Shown here: positions 1 to 8,034 of the stretch, piece by piece | Position numbering within the stretch: position 1 is the stretch's first letter | Layout of the letters: each line of letters begins with the position of its first letter | DNA from: a virus | Length of the DNA stretch: 62,813 nucleotides | Virus record (IMG/VR): IMGVR_UViG_3300030118_004366 | Location: 1-62,813 of that record | Direction: 5' to 3' (one strand) | The notes under the pieces: generated by a model | Database searches by the model: none | What the model was told of the DNA's origin: nothing | What the model saw: the letters and a program-made list of their open reading frames with translations, nothing else | Made by a program: the position numbers and the translations under genes

Positions 1-77
1 TACACGAAACCGTAACGTGTTACAAGCTCTACACCCTGTGTTACAATTTGTTTTTGATATGGTCTTAGTTTAATCAT
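1..77. repeat. Terminal overlap copy 1 (identical to 62737..62813)
   Basis: Nt 1-77 read identically to the last 77 nt of the window. The repeat cuts through the 5' end of the helicase ORF, which is typical of circular-contig closure overlap. Confidence 0.9.
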
Positions 78-2482
78 TAGAATGGAAAATCTTGTTGTTC
101 ATCGAGTTCATGTTTGTTTCTAAACCTAATCCACCTGGCGTGCATATCTCTTCCTTCTTCGGGTGCACAGCCATAATGATATAAAGAAAATGCTACAAGC
201 CACTTTGAAAATCTAACCCTGGATACACTCATTCTTGACTTAGGTGCAAAGTCAGGATTGTCTTCAACAAAGTCAGTATACAATTCATTCTTTGGTATCT
301 TACCGCCAACCTTTAATTTTTCATGTATAGGATTGTCTCCTATAACCCCACACCATTCTATAAATTCATGACATGTTTCTGCAGAAAGTTTTCTAATCTT
401 TAAATTAACAAACTCACTCTTCATTAATCCTTTTTCTAAGTAAAGCTGCAGACACTGAATCATATAGTTATCAAACTGACACCACTCTTCATCGTTCCAA
501 TCTCCAAACATAAGTTTACCAAACTCTTCGAGTGGAGTATAATCTTTATTATAATGGTGAGCTAACTCAAGCTCCCACTTACGTCTTTCAAATGATGTAC
601 CTTTTCCTTTGATAGCGTAGTTGGTTGTAATAGTTATCTTAGGTGACTTAGCAAATGGTATCTTGATTGCGTCTTTGTTTTTCTTTTCTAAGGTAAGACC
701 CTCAGTAACAACTGAAAACAATCTTTCAAAATCAAAATGCTTTTTCACATCATCAAAACACAGCACTTGTGTATCTGCACTTACAAGCTGATATGCAAAC
801 GAACGCTCAAAGTTGAAAGACTTTCCGTCAATGACTACAACTTTTTTCATGTGACTCAATCCGTTTACCCACAAACCTTTACCACTACCACCTTCAGGAT
901 TGTCTGAAATCATTTCATCATTCAGTATAACAGCTGGACAATACGCCAGGTTCTTCCAACCGTGAAGCATGTAGCCAATAGTAGAACGCATACTGCTTGC
1001 TCTCTGAATGTCGTTACCACAAATGTTTTGAATAAACTTTTGATAATCACAATCTATACTTTCACAAAGAGCGAAGTCTCTGTCAATAACGTGGTCTTTC
1101 CAAACGTATCCACCAAGGTCTAAGTAATCAATTTGTTTTATGTTGTTGTATGTAATTTCAACAGCTCCGTTTCTATAATACAAGTAAGAAGTATCTTTTT
1201 TATCTTCAATAAAATAAACATCGATAGATGAAAGAAGGGTCAAGAACTCTTCACGAAAGTATCTCGTATGTTCAGCAAAGTAATTATAAACAGATATGTC
1301 GTCGATTTCCAGCAGATAATTAAGTATATAATCTTTGATTTCTTTTTCAGAGGTATGGTCAATGAGGTTGTTAGTAACCTTGACAAAGACGTAATTCTTT
1401 GAACCTTCAGGACAAAATTTATAAAAACCATTCTCTTCTAAAAAGTTTTTGAAAGATATGTGTACAATCTTTATTACACCCTTTTCATTCTTTGTCCAGA
1501 ACTGATGATTACTTTGCTCTTCCTCTAATCTATTAATAACATTCTCTACTAAATTAGGGTCAAGCTCTGTCAACTGAGTTCTTAATTCTTTTTTAGATAC
1601 ACCTCTTTTAAGTTTATGTTTTATCATGTTTACTTTCTCATCATCTTCATAATACTTAGTGCCAAAGTTTTGTAACTGTGCATAAGCTGAATCAATAGTT
1701 CTTTTAATTTCAGAGCGTTTAAACGTAGTGGTTTCAAATCCACCAAGAACATATTCAGCGAGTGTTTTTGTAACTCCGTAATCGTTGAAAGCTGCAGCTA
1801 ATACATAAGCATTGTTGTTTCTTTGACCCTCGCTCATTGGGTATTTCTTTTGCCACCACTTTACTAATATTTCTACAATTTTATTTTCATCAGTAATAGG
1901 TATGGTTTGATTGTCAACATTCTTTATAACCTCATTGTATTCTTTTTCCTCTTGCTTATCCCACACACTTGCGTTCTCATTGATATGTATAAGCGGGTCA
2001 TAGCTTTCATAACACACACGTGATACATTCTTACAAGTCTTATCAAACTGTGGAGAATTAAAATGTTTTTCCAGGCTATTGAAATAACTTACATGATTTT
2101 CTGGGATAGGTGGTATCTTAACAATAGCTTTTAATCCTTTACCCGAAGGCGATATAAATACAGAATAAACATATTTATTTTTTGAAAGTCTTTCTTTTTC
2201 TTGTAACAAATCTCTTTGTGAATCGTAGCCGTCAAAGTCTAAACAAATTAAACCACTATGCTGGCTAAGGGATTTATCATTACGCTTTGTAAATTTACCA
2301 CTGAAACAAATAGCTGGAAGCTTTTGTTTTAAATTATTAATTTTATCTTTATCTTTTTCTTCTCTAATTCTTTTTACTAAATCTTTTGAAGAACCCTCCT
2401 TTATTCTATTTAAAATAACTACAGCTCCCCTATAAAAGGGTTGAGATGTAACCTTTATATCTTTAAATATTGTTATTTCCAT
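77..2482 (-). CDS. DNA primase / SF3-type helicase fusion (BT4734/VirE-N-like primase domain, PriCT-like region, D5/VirE-like P-loop NTPase)
   Basis: 801-aa ORF. It has an N-terminal ..AICFSGKF..HSGLICLDFDGY.. acidic primase-type motif and a central ..NNNAYVLAAAFNDYGV.. region. It also has a Walker A-like NPEGGSGKG and a Walker B-like VLCFDDV. The stop TAA overlaps (TAATG) the helicase start across the window junction. Confidence 0.85.
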   Translation of the reverse strand: MEITIFKDIKVTSQPFYRGAVVILNRIKEGSSKDLVKRIREEKDKDKINNLKQKLPAICFSGKFTKRNDKSLSQHSGLICLDFDGYDSQRDLLQEKERLSKNKYVYSVFISPSGKGLKAIVKIPPIPENHVSYFNSLEKHFNSPQFDKTCKNVSRVCYESYDPLIHINENASVWDKQEEKEYNEVIKNVDNQTIPITDENKIVEILVKWWQKKYPMSEGQRNNNAYVLAAAFNDYGVTKTLAEYVLGGFETTTFKRSEIKRTIDSAYAQLQNFGTKYYEDDEKVNMIKHKLKRGVSKKELRTQLTELDPNLVENVINRLEEEQSNHQFWTKNEKGVIKIVHISFKNFLEENGFYKFCPEGSKNYVFVKVTNNLIDHTSEKEIKDYILNYLLEIDDISVYNYFAEHTRYFREEFLTLLSSIDVYFIEDKKDTSYLYYRNGAVEITYNNIKQIDYLDLGGYVWKDHVIDRDFALCESIDCDYQKFIQNICGNDIQRASSMRSTIGYMLHGWKNLAYCPAVILNDEMISDNPEGGSGKGLWVNGLSHMKKVVVIDGKSFNFERSFAYQLVSADTQVLCFDDVKKHFDFERLFSVVTEGLTLEKKNKDAIKIPFAKSPKITITTNYAIKGKGTSFERRKWELELAHHYNKDYTPLEEFGKLMFGDWNDEEWCQFDNYMIQCLQLYLEKGLMKSEFVNLKIRKLSAETCHEFIEWCGVIGDNPIHEKLKVGGKIPKNELYTDFVEDNPDFAPKSRMSVSRVRFSKWLVAFSLYHYGCAPEEGRDMHARWIRFRNKHELDEQQDFPF

Positions 2483-2555
2483 TCTATTTAATTCTATTTT
2501 TTATGACGTGAATGACAAAGTAAAGTAATAATATAGATGTAAGTAAATATAAAAT

Positions 2556-2563
2556 CAAAATTA
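2556..2563 (-). promoter_or_regulatory. Bacteroidota-type -7 box (TAATTTTG on minus strand) upstream of primase gene
   Basis: Plus strand reads caaaatta, the reverse complement of TAATTTTG, which matches TAnnTTTG. It lies about 75 nt upstream of the ATG at 2482 in a 214-nt intergenic gap. Confidence 0.45.
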
Positions 2564-2696
2564 TTCTGTCTATCGTTTTATTTAATTTGAGTTAGTCATA
2601 GTCAACATAAAAAAGGGGAAGGTTAAAATGTAGTAATGTGAATTCTCTCTTCACCTATCCCCTAAATTATGCCGTGCCTTTCGGCTTCCAAAATTT

Positions 2697-2942
2697 TTAG
2701 AATCCCAAGTCGTCCTGAGGTTCAGGCTTCCAAGTGTTCACTTCAACAGAATGAGTTTTGCCATATTCGTCAGTCTCTTTTTTCTTGTTGACTTTGAGTT
2801 TAGTGTACCACTTACCTTCGTACTCGAACCTATGTTCTTGTGGAATCTTTGATAGGCAAACACTAATCTCAATTAGATTACCGTCAAACTTTTCAACTCC
2901 GCTTCCACAATATAACTTTTCGTTCTTAACTTCTGTACTCAT
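2697..2942 (-). CDS. Small protein with SSB-like acidic C-terminal tip (possible minimal ssDNA-binding protein)
   Basis: 81-aa ORF ending ..PEPQDDLGF, which resembles the SSB C-terminal tip ..DDDIPF. It sits in the replication operon. Confidence 0.6.
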   Translation of the reverse strand: MSTEVKNEKLYCGSGVEKFDGNLIEISVCLSKIPQEHRFEYEGKWYTKLKVNKKKETDEYGKTHSVEVNTWKPEPQDDLGF

Positions 2943-2943
2943 A

Positions 2944-3174
2944 TTATTTAATTTTAATATTACGCTCCAAAATATTCACAGCATTTAGAATGGTTGACTC
3001 CCTTTCCTCTTTGCTCATGTAGATAGTTGGAACTTCTATCCACAATTTTTTATCATCAGTTTTATAACGACGTTTAAACGACTTATAGAACTTCTGTATA
3101 TATGTAATCATTGATGTCGCAAGGCGCATCATTACTAAAAAATTTCTCATAAACTTTAATTGCTTTTTTAACAT
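2944..3174 (-). CDS. Hypothetical small protein (start uncertain; internal ATG at 3111 gives 55 aa)
   Basis: ORF-track entry. It overlaps the 3' end of the exonuclease gene, so the shorter form starting MITYIQ.. is more plausible. It contains CGTTTAAACG (read as ..SFKRR..). Confidence 0.4.
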   Translation of the reverse strand: MLKKQLKFMRNFLVMMRLATSMITYIQKFYKSFKRRYKTDDKKLWIEVPTIYMSKEERESTILNAVNILERNIKIK

Positions 3175-3883
3175 TGTCTTCTCCTTTGTCTATAAACTCT
3201 TGACTCGTAGGGAAAACTTTTAATAACCCATCGTTCTTACCTATAGCCACAAAGACAAACGGTTTACCAAACAACTGCTGGTATATGTAGGCTTGTGAAT
3301 TGTAGCAATAAGCAGAACATGAATGTCTAAACTTGAATATGTCAGAGCTGGTTTTTAAATCTACAACAGCTCCGTCTGGATAATCCATAATAAAAGTCTC
3401 ACCGTCATGCTCAATCTCCAGCTCAAATGGTTCGTGAACCAATACATCACACTTGCCTTTGAACATGTGTCCATGTATTTCTTTTATGTTAGGTACTTCA
3501 TACTCAGTATTAACACCGTATACCAAATCAAATACAGTCCAGTTACTTAACATCTTATCAACCAACTCATCTAACGCTTCCTTTTCTTTTGTCAAAAGGA
3601 CATCGTACTGGTCAAGCTGTTGCTCAATCTTATACTGTTTAAACGCATTGGTTGTTCTTGATGAAGCATTGAATACTGGTATCGTGTCTATCTTTTCTGG
3701 CTCCAGAATTTTTGTATGAAAGTACCTTCCTTGTAATAAGGGTAAAGTCTTTTCTGATTTATTAAAGTCAGTAGGCTTGTAAAGTAATTGTCTGATATTA
3801 GAAGCAGATAAAAACTGCTTTCCAAACTTCCCATAATACTCTGAATCCTTTTGAAGCTTCTTAAGTATCTTACTTCTTTCCAT
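3083..3883 (-). CDS. PD-(D/E)XK (RecB/Cas4/YqaJ-like) recombination exonuclease
   Basis: 266 aa with ..GKCDVLV.., ..AVVDLKTSSD.. (D-x-K) and ..SQAYIYQQ.. (QxxxY) motifs. It is translationally coupled to the annealase gene by a 14-nt overlap. Confidence 0.75.
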   Translation of the reverse strand: MERSKILKKLQKDSEYYGKFGKQFLSASNIRQLLYKPTDFNKSEKTLPLLQGRYFHTKILEPEKIDTIPVFNASSRTTNAFKQYKIEQQLDQYDVLLTKEKEALDELVDKMLSNWTVFDLVYGVNTEYEVPNIKEIHGHMFKGKCDVLVHEPFELEIEHDGETFIMDYPDGAVVDLKTSSDIFKFRHSCSAYCYNSQAYIYQQLFGKPFVFVAIGKNDGLLKVFPTSQEFIDKGEDNVKKAIKVYEKFFSNDAPCDINDYIYTEVL

Positions 3884-4463
3884 TAATAGCTTTCTTGAGT
3901 TTAGTTTTAATGGCAGGAGTTACCTTATACTTTGTTGACAGCTGTGCCACAATGTAATCCAAACCTTTATCTTTATTCTTAGCTACGTACATCAAGACCT
4001 TGTCCCACTTGTCTGTAGTTAATTCAAAGGTTTGCTCCTTCTGAACAGGTTTATCTTTCACTTCTTTCACTTCGTTTAAACGACCTGTGTCCTCCCCTAT
4101 CCATAACGATAAACCAAGGCCGTGCATAGCTATTGCTTTTGCTGTAGCTCTTTGCACTGAATTGTTTACATTGAAAGAATTAAGTTTTGTAAGAGGAATA
4201 GGTCTATTCGCATTATCAAGTATAGGTAGATAATCGATGTGTTCAATACCATTAATAACAATACCAACTTTAACATTTGCAAACTTGCCGTCAGTAAAAT
4301 AGGGCATACCCATTTCATTTTCATACACGATTCTGTTTGCAGTTGGATACTCTTGCTTAACGTAATGCCAAGCCCAAGCCCAAGATAAATAAGGATAAGC
4401 TCCTTTCTTTTCAACCTTATCGGCTACTGAGATTGCACTCAGATTTTTATAAACATTTTCCAT
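3870..4463 (-). CDS. Single-strand annealing protein, Sak/Rad52-like (DUF1071-type)
   Basis: 197 aa with ..PYLSWAWAWHYVKQEYP.. and ..VQRATAKAIAMHGLGLSLWIGED.., which I recognise as Sak/Rad52-like hallmarks. It lies adjacent to the exonuclease gene. Confidence 0.7.
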   Translation of the reverse strand: MENVYKNLSAISVADKVEKKGAYPYLSWAWAWHYVKQEYPTANRIVYENEMGMPYFTDGKFANVKVGIVINGIEHIDYLPILDNANRPIPLTKLNSFNVNNSVQRATAKAIAMHGLGLSLWIGEDTGRLNEVKEVKDKPVQKEQTFELTTDKWDKVLMYVAKNKDKGLDYIVAQLSTKYKVTPAIKTKLKKAINGKK

Positions 4464-4464
4464 A

Positions 4465-4857
4465 TTATAATTTATTAAGTTCTGATTTTAAATTTGTATA
4501 CTTATTAAGTAACGTTTCCCTGCGGTTCTTTAAGTTCTGAATATGCTTATCGTTCTTACGAGTATTCAATTCAGTCTTAATTCTTGATTCAATTATAGCC
4601 AGCTTATGTAAGCAGTTGCTCATGCTAACTTGCGTACAACCCTTACGCCAGCCGTCTCTATAAAAGAAATCATACTCTTCATCGGAACACTCTTTAAAAT
4701 AGTCACCGCCTTTTCCCATGTTGAGTATTTGGACACCGTCTTCAAACTCCTGAATCTTTACACCCCTACCAATAACACTTACACCTTTCGGTAATATGTT
4801 CTTAATACTTTTAGGGTCTTCCAAAGCTTGCTTCATGATATCACTACGTTTAAACAT
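4465..4857 (-). CDS. Hypothetical protein
   Basis: 130-aa ORF tightly packed in the operon. Its start codon overlaps a GTTTAAAC copy (MFKRS..). Confidence 0.6.
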   Translation of the reverse strand: MFKRSDIMKQALEDPKSIKNILPKGVSVIGRGVKIQEFEDGVQILNMGKGGDYFKECSDEEYDFFYRDGWRKGCTQVSMSNCLHKLAIIESRIKTELNTRKNDKHIQNLKNRRETLLNKYTNLKSELNKL

Positions 4858-4858
4858 T

Positions 4859-5164
4859 CTAAACTTTTAAGTTCATTAATTCAATATGATTGACGATAGC
4901 TTTATAATCTTCATCTTCTTCTACCATTTTCTTAGCCTTTTTATAACCATGAATGATAGTCGAATGAAAGACGTCGCAACCATGCTCAGCCATATACCTC
5001 TGTATATAAGAGACTCTAATAGGTCTTTCCATACATAGATAATAAAGCATTTGTCTGGCGTCAACCAAGTCTCTTCGTTTATCTTTATTAAACATCTCAT
5101 CTAATTGAAGATGAAATTGTTTAGCAACCGCGTTTGCATACGCTTCAAATATATCTGCTTTCAT
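4859..5164 (-). CDS. DnaA domain IV-like helix-turn-helix DNA-binding protein
   Basis: 101 aa. ..DLVDARQMLYYLCME..SYIQRYM....FHSTIIHGYKKA.. parallels the DnaA C-terminal ..aRqiAMYL..DHTTVlHA.. pattern. Confidence 0.6.
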   Translation of the reverse strand: MKADIFEAYANAVAKQFHLQLDEMFNKDKRRDLVDARQMLYYLCMERPIRVSYIQRYMAEHGCDVFHSTIIHGYKKAKKMVEEDEDYKAIVNHIELMNLKV

Positions 5165-5514
5165 TATTTAAATTCTTTTAGTTTTTCATTTTTGCCCTTT
5201 ATGAGCATGTCTTTAACTCTATTCTCTTCCTTACGTATTTGCACAAGAAGAAGGATTAAGTATCCCGTAATATCTCTTACAGTATCTACTCCACTTTCGT
5301 CTTTCATAGGGTCACTACCTATATGATTGATAGAAAGCTTTTTTATTCTACTAAGCTTATCGTCTATACGAGCAAGTAATCCTTCTTTAGCAGAAAGTTT
5401 GCTGAAAATTTGTGGTGGATTATTAGCTGTATCACCATAAGCTTTATTCTTTTCAAGTAGAAGAAGAACAACTTCTTTACCTACTTCTTTAATTAAGTCT
5501 TGAGTCTTACTCAT
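5164..5514 (-). CDS. DUF1599 / MazG-like all-alpha protein (nucleotide-modification-associated domain 1-like)
   Basis: 116 aa. ..LEKNKAYGD....ARIDDKLSRIKKL....ITGYLILLL.. fits my memory of the DUF1599 pattern (KN.DYG ... DK..RI). Confidence 0.5.
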   Translation of the reverse strand: MSKTQDLIKEVGKEVVLLLLEKNKAYGDTANNPPQIFSKLSAKEGLLARIDDKLSRIKKLSINHIGSDPMKDESGVDTVRDITGYLILLLVQIRKEENRVKDMLIKGKNEKLKEFK

Positions 5515-5656
5515 AAATAAATTTTAATACGTTATAAATTATAAATGTAAATACCATTACTACAACCACAGCTCCTAAAAATTCCATGAATTTATATTGA
5601 GCTTCGCGCTGTTTAAACGACCTGCCCTGTCTATATCTTTTATCTTCTTCTGTCAT
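5507..5656 (-). CDS. Hypothetical 49-aa protein with C-terminal transmembrane helix (not in ORF track)
   Basis: Hand translation: MTEEDKRYRQGRSFKQREAQYKFMEFLGAVVVVMVFTFIIYNVLKFIYE. It has an ATGA overlap with the upstream ORF and an 8-nt overlap with the downstream gene. Confidence 0.4.
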   Translation of the reverse strand: MTEEDKRYRQGRSFKQREAQYKFMEFLGAVVVVMVFTFIIYNVLKFIYE

Positions 5657-5832
5657 ATAAATAGTGGAGGGTCTTCATCATTCTTTCCCCAAGGAATTGG
5701 AGGAAGCTCAGGCTTTGGCTTTGGTTTCTCTTCTTTATCTCCTTCCTTATCCTTGTCAATAGGAAATAAACTATTAAGAAATCTATCAAAGACTTTGTTT
5801 TGATATTCAAATTCGTTATTAAAGTGTGCCAT
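5653..5832 (-). CDS. Hypothetical 59-aa protein (not in ORF track)
   Basis: Hand translation: MAHFNNEFEYQNKVFDRFLNSLFPIDKDKEGDKEEKPKPKPELPPIPWGKNDEDPPLFI. It is preceded by a -7 box at 5863..5870. Confidence 0.45.
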   Translation of the reverse strand: MAHFNNEFEYQNKVFDRFLNSLFPIDKDKEGDKEEKPKPKPELPPIPWGKNDEDPPLFI

Positions 5833-5862
5833 AGTATTGTATTTAATTTAATTTAATTGCAA

Positions 5863-5870
5863 CAAATTTA
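5863..5870 (-). promoter_or_regulatory. -7 box TAAATTTG (minus strand)
   Basis: Plus strand reads caaattta. It matches TAnnTTTG and lies about 31 nt upstream of the ATG at 5832. Confidence 0.4.
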
Positions 5871-6038
5871 TACATTTTGTTTTAATTTTGCAAACAAACT
5901 GACAAATTTATAGACCTCATGTTTAAACAGATACTTGCCAGAAGCTGGACAATAATAGCTGTACACTTTGTCTTGAACCTTCACAACTTTTTGACCAGAA
6001 GCCTTGCTTCTCATTTCAAATGGTAACATATCCTCCAT
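5868..6038 (-). CDS. Hypothetical 56-aa protein (not in ORF track)
   Basis: Hand translation: MEDMLPFEMRSKASGQKVVKVQDKVYSYYCPASGKYLFKHEVYKFVSLFAKLKQNV. It has a TAATG overlap with the upstream gene and contains GTTTAAAC. Confidence 0.4.
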   Translation of the reverse strand: MEDMLPFEMRSKASGQKVVKVQDKVYSYYCPASGKYLFKHEVYKFVSLFAKLKQNV

Positions 6039-6271
6039 TAGTAATAAGGTTTATTTTCTATTGCATAATCCCTAACGTCTTCTTCTAAATCATCTTTAAC
6101 ATAATCCCAGAAAAAATCTGTTATCTCAAAGCCGTCGACTAATACTCTTAATATTGTCAGCTCATCTTCTGGAGGTTGTTCCCAAGTTCCATTGTCCCAA
6201 TAATATTCATAATCAACTGCTACATAATAGCTGTCGTATTCTTTGCAATATGTTCCGCTATACTTACTCAT
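6038..6271 (-). CDS. Hypothetical very acidic, aromatic-rich small protein
   Basis: 77-aa ORF rich in D/E/Y/W, with overlapping stop and start codons with its neighbours. Confidence 0.6.
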   Translation of the reverse strand: MSKYSGTYCKEYDSYYVAVDYEYYWDNGTWEQPPEDELTILRVLVDGFEITDFFWDYVKDDLEEDVRDYAIENKPYY

Positions 6272-6738
6272 AGTTGTAATGGTTGTACGTTTAAACGATG
6301 TATAATCTCATGCTCTATCTCATCGTATTGTTTGTTGAAAAAATCTTGAGCGTCCTCAGTGTATTCTAAAGTGTCTGAATCATTATCTGCATAAGTCATG
6401 TGACCAAACTTTGCTTCGGTTACTCTGTTTGCAAGGTGACATATCACAGAAATAAAATCTGAATTGTCTACCACCCGCTCGTTTAAACGGACTTCAATAT
6501 CATAGTCATCACGGAGTCCTTCAATGAGGTGAACCGTGTACATGTTTTCGTGGACGTGGTCTAATAGTTCTTGTATCTGACTTAAGTCATCAGAAGCTAT
6601 CCAACCTTGACCCCACAGCATGTTAGCTACATTAGATAGTTCATTGAAGCCAACGAAATGATACGTGCTCATGTATCGTTGGTCTAAGTCTATACTAATA
6701 TAGTGTTCGCTTTTGTTTTTCATTTTTGCTTTTGCCAT
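6268..6738 (-). CDS. Hypothetical acidic protein
   Basis: 156-aa ORF containing two CGTTTAAACG copies (read as VRLNE and HRLNV). Confidence 0.65.
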   Translation of the reverse strand: MAKAKMKNKSEHYISIDLDQRYMSTYHFVGFNELSNVANMLWGQGWIASDDLSQIQELLDHVHENMYTVHLIEGLRDDYDIEVRLNERVVDNSDFISVICHLANRVTEAKFGHMTYADNDSDTLEYTEDAQDFFNKQYDEIEHEIIHRLNVQPLQL

Positions 6739-6739
6739 A

Positions 6740-6961
6740 TTATTTTGATTTTAAATTATACTTTTCTCTTGCTATAATATCAATAGATTCGAAGATGGTT
6801 TCATATACCGCCTCGCAACTAAGGGCGTCGTTTAAACACTCCCATGCCGTGTCGTCATCGCACTTGTAATTTTGCTGTACGTCTTCAACATGCCATAAGC
6901 TATCAACATATCCCTTGTCTTTTAATTGTTTTCTAAGTTCTTGAGTTTCTTTGTATCCCAT
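6740..6961 (-). CDS. Hypothetical acidic small protein
   Basis: 73-aa ORF with AAAATTTATTAT directly upstream of the ATG. Confidence 0.6.
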   Translation of the reverse strand: MGYKETQELRKQLKDKGYVDSLWHVEDVQQNYKCDDDTAWECLNDALSCEAVYETIFESIDIIAREKYNLKSK

Positions 6962-6971
6962 ATAATAAATT

Positions 6972-7343
6972 TTAAAGGTTATAAAAATATTCTGTCTCGT
7001 CGCGATGTTTAAACGCTATCGCTTGAGCTTCAAGTCGTTGGTCTGGGTGAACGCAAATGAATTTGATTCTCATAAAAAGATTTGATGAGTCACCCCACAC
7101 ACAACGATACTTAATCTTTGCTTGCCGTAGTTTCTTGCAGAAGCTATCGACTTCATTGTTCGCAGTCTCATACCATTGGTCTGTAAAGTTACAACCACCA
7201 ACAGCATTGACTGGCTCCAACCATGAACGCCAAGCGTCCAGCCTGAAGACTTTTGTTTGTGTAGTATTAATATGCACTGGCTTGTCTTTTTTGGTTATCC
7301 TCATAGCTACATGAAGACCAGAAACAGTCAGCATGAAAGCCAT
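6972..7343 (-). CDS. Hypothetical protein (start uncertain)
   Basis: 123-aa ORF. It overlaps the 3' end of 7267..7593 by 77 nt. An internal Met (MRITKK..) would shorten the overlap. Confidence 0.55.
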   Translation of the reverse strand: MAFMLTVSGLHVAMRITKKDKPVHINTTQTKVFRLDAWRSWLEPVNAVGGCNFTDQWYETANNEVDSFCKKLRQAKIKYRCVWGDSSNLFMRIKFICVHPDQRLEAQAIAFKHRDETEYFYNL

Positions 7344-7593
7344 TGGTTAAGTTATGATAGTATCTCTTCAGCTTTTCATTCAGCGCGTTTAAACGGTCTA
7401 TGCTTTTCCAGTCTGGAACATTGCAATCACCGTCAACTCTTCCCAGCATACCACCACCAAGGTAGTTTTGATATGCCGTCATCTTTCCGTTTGGGTAGCC
7501 CCACTTTTTTAAGTCTATCTCAATTCCGCCACCGCGTGGGCTAACTTGTTGACGAATTATAGACTGTTCTATTCTCTTAACTCTCATAGCCAT
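7267..7593 (-). CDS. Hypothetical protein
   Basis: 108-aa ORF in operon context. It contains CGTTTAAACG (read as DRLNA). Confidence 0.55.
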   Translation of the reverse strand: MAMRVKRIEQSIIRQQVSPRGGGIEIDLKKWGYPNGKMTAYQNYLGGGMLGRVDGDCNVPDWKSIDRLNALNEKLKRYYHNLTNGFHADCFWSSCSYEDNQKRQASAY

Positions 7594-7895
7594 ACGTTTG
7601 CTGATTTGATTTTATTTGGGTCTACGTCCCTTTCAATTATCTCTGTGCTTACGCCTTGAACTGATGAGTCTTTAAGCTTATAGCATTTAGTTAGCTGAAT
7701 AAACTCTACGACTTTGCCCTGACGTTTAGTCGAGCTTAGATGTTCAATAGCTTCTTTTAAAGTATCAAAAGACTTAGTCTTTTTGTTTGGGTTCTGCCAT
7801 GTGTTGGCATGAGTCAAGGCTTTACCTTTGCCGTTATGAATTTCATAATGGTCAACGGTTTCCATGATTGTCCCGTAAATAATGTTCTGTTCCAT
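7584..7895 (-). CDS. Hypothetical protein
   Basis: 103-aa ORF with AAAATTTAT directly upstream of the ATG. Confidence 0.6.
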   Translation of the reverse strand: MEQNIIYGTIMETVDHYEIHNGKGKALTHANTWQNPNKKTKSFDTLKEAIEHLSSTKRQGKVVEFIQLTKCYKLKDSSVQGVSTEIIERDVDPNKIKSANVWL

Positions 7896-7951
7896 ATAAA
7901 TTTTATTTAATTATGCGTGGCGTTTAAACGGGTGCCACACTTTACCCTTAG

Positions 7952-8034
7952 TGGAAGGTGGGGGACTCGAACCCCCGTGGTTCACTTACGAGCTTTCGCT
8001 ACAAGGAACTACACGCACCATGCTCCAACCTACG
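7952..8034 (-). ncRNA. tRNA-like RNA lacking an anticodon loop (degenerate tRNA or tRNA mimic)
   Basis: Minus-strand 83-mer. It has a canonical T arm GGGGG-TTCGAGT-CCCCC (7960..7976) and a 5/7-paired acceptor stem CGTAGGT/ACCTTCC plus discriminator A. U8 is present, and the D arm GAGC-ATGGTGCGTGTA-GTTC carries A14, GG and A21. The anticodon arm position is occupied by an 8-bp bulged stem capped by GAAA. Confidence 0.45.

Noticed and set aside
1-77. The 77-nt terminal repeat as a biological direct terminal repeat of a linear genome.
   Set aside because: It is exact, very short and starts in the middle of a gene, and joining the ends restores a coupled TAATG gene junction. It fits assembler closure overlap of a circular or circularly permuted genome better. 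Only read-level data can settle it.
7952-8034. The tRNA-like element as an attP site indicating a temperate lifestyle.
   Set aside because: I recognise no integrase, recombinase, excisionase or repressor gene anywhere in the closed genome. The element also has its own promoter-like box.
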